NCBI RefSeq assembly: GCF_009914755.1
Contig: NC_060948.1
Direction: 5' to 3' (one strand)
DNA: 64,000 bases
Origin: the human T2T-CHM13v2.0 reference genome, Homo sapiens
Numbering within the stretch: position 1 is the first letter of the stretch; each line of letters starts with the position of its first letter. Below are positions 58,790 to 64,000 of the stretch, piece by piece. The notes under the pieces were generated by a model. That model was not told the origin of the DNA. It saw nothing but the letters and a program-made list of their open reading frames with translations, and made no database searches. The position numbers and the translations under genes are program-made.

Positions 58790-60688
58790 CTTTCTGCTTC
58801 ACCTTCTACTTCTGGCTGTTTATGCTCCTTCGTGGGTTCCTAGCCCCTTATTCGCCCTTCCTCCACTGCTCAGTATTGACAGTCCCCTTCTTCCTCTGTT
58901 CAGGGACTGTATTTCTGCCTAGACCCGTTTCCTCAGCTTCAGACCTGTTTGGTGTTTTTATTAATGGCCAATGTTTATCAAATTCTGACTGCGTACTTTG
59001 GTAAATGCTTTACATCTCCGTCTCCCATAACTCTCACAACCAACCAACTGTCTTCATTTGGCCTCATTAATTGCTTTCAACTACCTGTATCTCCATTATC
59101 CCTCCCTTGATCCCAGAGGATACAGTCATGTTTAGGATATTAATTCCCTTTGAATACCTGTGGCTGAGAGCAGATCCATTCATACATTTAACAAATATTT
59201 ATTGAACGGCTGGTATATGCTTGACACTCTTTTAAGTGCAGGGGATACAGCTGTAAACAAGACTTAGGAGGTTGCTACTCTCAGGAACTTACATGTTTGT
59301 GTCTAGAGGGGAAAACAGGAATAATCAGGATTATGTTATATATTGGTTAATGCAAAATAAAACAGGTGGTTGACTTGAAAGGATGGGATCCTATCCTAAG
59401 AAAGTCAGAGGTCAGGGCATCGTCCAGAAAGAATAGTTGTAATACCAACAGGAATAATCTTGATCTGTAACATGACTTTTCGTAAACACCTCTTCTTTTC
59501 CCCTGTCTAAGCAGTGTTTATTCTTCATTCTTCTATCTCCTCCAAGGTTATTGCATCAGAATTCATGGTTTATCTGTAGTTGGTTTATTCCTTCTAAGAC
59601 CCAGAGAGAAGAGTGGGGGATTGGATTACTATTAGCTCAACTGCTTTATCTTACTTAGAAAGATAGTTTGGTTGTGAAAATATTATTCTTACCAGGTCCT
59701 TCTGAATATAAAGTTATCTACCATTTATAGTATATTTTAAAACCAAAATATGCTCAATGTTCACTCATTTATTCAACAGATATTTGAGGGAATATTAGAT
59801 GGTAGGCACTGTGCTGAGCACTGGGAAAATAGGGTAAAATAGACACTTTGACCTCTCTTCCAAGGAGAAATAATCCTAACAGTATACTGAGGAAATTTCT
59901 AAGGCATAGGCTGACACCTGCATTCCTGTTCTTCATCCGAGGTGAGATCATCACAAAACATTAAGACATTTCCTGAGCAATTGCGGACATTCTTAGATTA
60001 TTCACTTATTATACTTTATTGCATTTATTTATATCTGTCTTCCCCATTGTTCTATGGCTCCCTCAAGTATAGGAGTCCCTTCTTCCTTAACTTTATACCT
60101 CTAGTGTCTACTTTGACTGTCATATAGTAACCCACCAGTATATACGTGTTGAACTGAAATAGACTCCCTATTTGATCAAATTTAAATGACATGATTTATA
60201 CAAGGCCTTCTTTATGTAAGGCCATCAGCCGTATTCCTCAACCTTCTCATTCACCAAAGGTGGACCATTCCATCTTATCAGGCTAGCTTATGTACCTTCT
60301 TTACCTTGCTCTCAGTGCCTTCTCTTCTTCCATCCATCCCTCCTAAAAGGATCTCCCATCTCTTCCCAAGCACCTTGTGTACCTCCCTCCATTAATTTGG
60401 TGGGCCAGTTAATTTAATAATCTGCTCATGATACAGGGGTGGAAAAAAATTAATTTCCTTTTTATATTTCCTATGAAACATTCTGCCAATGAACTCTTGC
60501 AAGAATTAATGTAATAGATCCTACTGCAATAATATAATGATACAGAATACTTTTTAAAGATTTTGCATTGACTATCACCATGTGCTATGTAATGAGTTAA
60601 TTCTACTACTTTATTTGAACAGTTGTATAACCTCTGTTCACACAGCATGTTTTGGTATCATTTGGTTTCTACTTGGTAGAAACACATC

Positions 60689-60992
<304 letters not shown>

Positions 60993-61108
60993 AAGAAACA
61001 CATCTTTGAGTATTACTTTCTCAGCCTGAGGTAATTTAAGTGGTAATGTTATTCTGCCACATTGTCATTTTCAGGATGTCAGATAAAAGCCTCAAGTATT
61101 AAAATTAA

Positions 61109-61489
<381 letters not shown>

Positions 61490-62404
61490 TAAAAACAACA
61501 GCAGTACAAGAGTGCTTGAGTCATGACTGTCGTGAATTTAGGATGTGCCAACCTAAGATCAGCCAGATACTTCTAAGATGTAAACATTAAGCATTGTTAT
61601 TTTAGGTGATTTATTGACACCTATTTCTTTATAGACAGGAATGCAAGTGCAGCACTGAATTGTGTGCCATTGCTCGTTTATAAGATACACATGTAGATGA
61701 TCCAGAATATTCTTATACATTTTTCAGTGTTATCAAAATACAAATGCAGAATTAAAAGATTTCTCAAAACACATGGACTTGGCCTTTCCCCTTACTCAGT
61801 TACCTGAAACTGTCTTCAGCCTCTACTTGAAGATGCTTCTGCTGAGGAGGAGCATTTTCATCATTGCTGTTCTATGTTATTACCAAATTTTTTAATACAG
61901 GCAATTTCTTACTTACAAATGGATATATTCTAAAAGTACTGTTGTAAGCTTATTGTTTGGAACGCTGGATGCATTTCCTTCTATAAATAATGCTATCCAT
62001 GACATTTACACTGTTATGCCAACCAGTATCATTTTATTAACTTTTAATTTAGTGGACTCGAAGACCTTCCCCACAATTTACAATAATTCCTCTATTAAAA
62101 AACTGCATTTATAATTCTCATTTGAATTCCCTTATAGCATATCTTTTTTTAGAAACCCAACAACTAGAACAAAAATATCCTTTCTTTAGTCCCTTAACAT
62201 AGTAAAAACAGGCTTTTCTAACTCCAAACTGTTGTGGGTGACCCTTCTAGCCCTTAGCTCTAAGGACAGTCCTCCAATATGAGCAAGGAAAACGAAGGGA
62301 CAGAGGTTTTAGAGAGGGAGGCAAGTTGGGTGATATGAGTATCTGGAAAGGGAAGGGTAGGATTTATTTGGGATGAACAGTGAGTTTCTAAAATGGAAGT
62401 TTGC

Positions 62405-62444
62405 ATTGCTTGTCAGCCTTTTGGCTAAGATCAGGTGTAGTATC
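62405..62444 (+). pseudogene. 3'-truncated U2 snRNA retrocopy (~40 nt)
   Basis: ATTGCTTGTCAGCCTTTTGGCTAAGATCAGGTGTAGTATC versus the U2 5' end; flanks AAAATGGAAGTTTG / AAAATGGGGGTTTG. Confidence 0.88.
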
Positions 62445-62464
62445 AGTTTAAAATGGGGGTTTGT

Positions 62465-62943
62465 TGTGGGTTGAATTGTGTCCTCCAGAAAGCTGTGTTG
62501 AAGTTCTAACCCGTGGTACCTGTGAATGGGATCTTATTTAGAAATAGGATCTTTGCAGATGTAATTAAGATGTAATTGAAAATGGGGTCATACTGGAGTA
62601 GAGTGGGCCCTTTATCCAATATGACTGGCATCCATATAAAAGAAGAGAGACAGAGAGAATGCAGTGTGAAGACACAGATACAGAGAACACCATGTGACTA
62701 CAGAGGTAAAGATTGAAGTGCTGCACCTCCAAGCCAAGGAACACCAAGGATTGCCACCAAACTATCAGAAGCTAGAAAGAGATAAGGAAAGATTCTCTTC
62801 TACAGGTTTCAGAGGGAGCATAACCCTGCCAACATCTTGATTTTGGACTTTTAACCCTCAGAACTGGTAGGCGATACATTTCTGTTGTTTTAAGCAACCA
62901 AGTTTTTGGTACTTTATTACTGCAGCTACAAGAAACTAATACA
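62465..62943 (+). mobile_element. MLT1-type MaLR solo LTR
   Basis: TGTGGGTTGAATTGTGTCC...GAAACTAATACA. Confidence 0.88.
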
Positions 62944-64000
62944 GGATTCTTAGCAGGAATAAAGTAGAATTGGGATGGTGGCTGTGGGACCAAGTGGGGA
63001 GTGAATAGGAGAACAAAGAGGAACAGTGTTGATATGGGGCTTTCCTTTATGTTGCATTATCTTTTTTTCTTCCCTTCTCTCTCTGGCTTATCTTTTCATT
63101 CTTTTTCTTCTTGGATCTTATCTTTATATAGCACTTTATGGTTTATTAGGCATTTACATACTGCTAATAATTAGCAGAGCCAGGTTTTCTAACTTCAAGT
63201 GCAGTGTTCATTGTGCCACAATTGTTTCTGTTATCCCAATACTCATCAAGACGTTATGGATTCTATTACAAGACACTTACAATGGGGGCAGGTAAGACTT
63301 CATAGGTGGGATTTTTAGCAGTATAGCAGAGAGGAAGGAATTCCTATTAGTGACATCTGGAAGGAAAGTAAAGTTTCTGTTGCTATGTACCCACTGTTTA
63401 ACAGTCATTTTTAAGTTGGGGACTGCTTTTATTGGAAGAAACACTACTTGCGTATAACTTATATTCATTGTTCCTAGTTATATTCTGAATAATGTGCTCC
63501 CTGTTCCAGGTGACTGTACTTTATATAAACTCAAAAACTATTGTCATGTTCCCTCTAAGTCCTCTCTTTCTCATGTTACATATCTCTAGTTCCTCCAGCC
63601 AGTCTTCAGATGACACAATCTCCATGTCTCTCACCCATATTGTATTGCCTCCCTTTTGTCTAGTCGTTAAATATTCTACCCAGAATTGAATTCAGTATTT
63701 TACATATGTTCTAACCAGCACAGAGTGTAATGGGACTAGTACTTAAACAGGTCAAGACACCCTATTTCTTAATGTACTTTGAGATTATGTAAGCATTTTT
63801 AAGCAATATCGCATACCGTTGGTTCATAATGAACTTACAGTCCACTGAAACACTAGATCTTTTTGTATTAATTGTTGCCAAGGTCAGTTTTCTTCTTGAA
63901 CCTGCACAGGGACTGAGGCTGCTGCTACTTTTTCATCTCTCTGTTCCAGGGACCATATGATTTCTTATCTCTGTTTCTCTTTGTGTTTTTGTTCCTCTCT

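Overview
Primate, almost certainly human, genomic DNA. It is repeat-dense (L1, Alu, THE1/MaLR, ERV1 LTRs, L2/MIR). An AMD1 processed pseudogene, a DPH3 processed pseudogene and the VAMP7 (SYBL1) CpG-island promoter with non-coding exon 1 appear in the order known for the SPRY3-VAMP7 interval of the Xq28/Yq12 pseudoautosomal region 2. X versus Y copy cannot be told from the sequence. No intact protein-coding exon is present. The main unexpected signal is in the unique DNA between the repeats. On the minus strand (~55.6 kb to ~22.1 kb), a colinear series of decayed segments, several with canonical splice sites, translates to successive S1-S6/pore/C-linker/cyclic-nucleotide-binding modules: three largely traceable and the start of a fourth. 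This suggests a fossil four-repeat K+-selective CNG channel (CNGK/tetraKCNG-like). Interleaved with it is a splice-site-bounded exon homologous to POLR1D (RPAC2/AC19), possibly a relic of an intron-containing parental gene. All homology calls were made by eye from remembered family motifs and need alignment-based confirmation; repeat boundaries are approximate.
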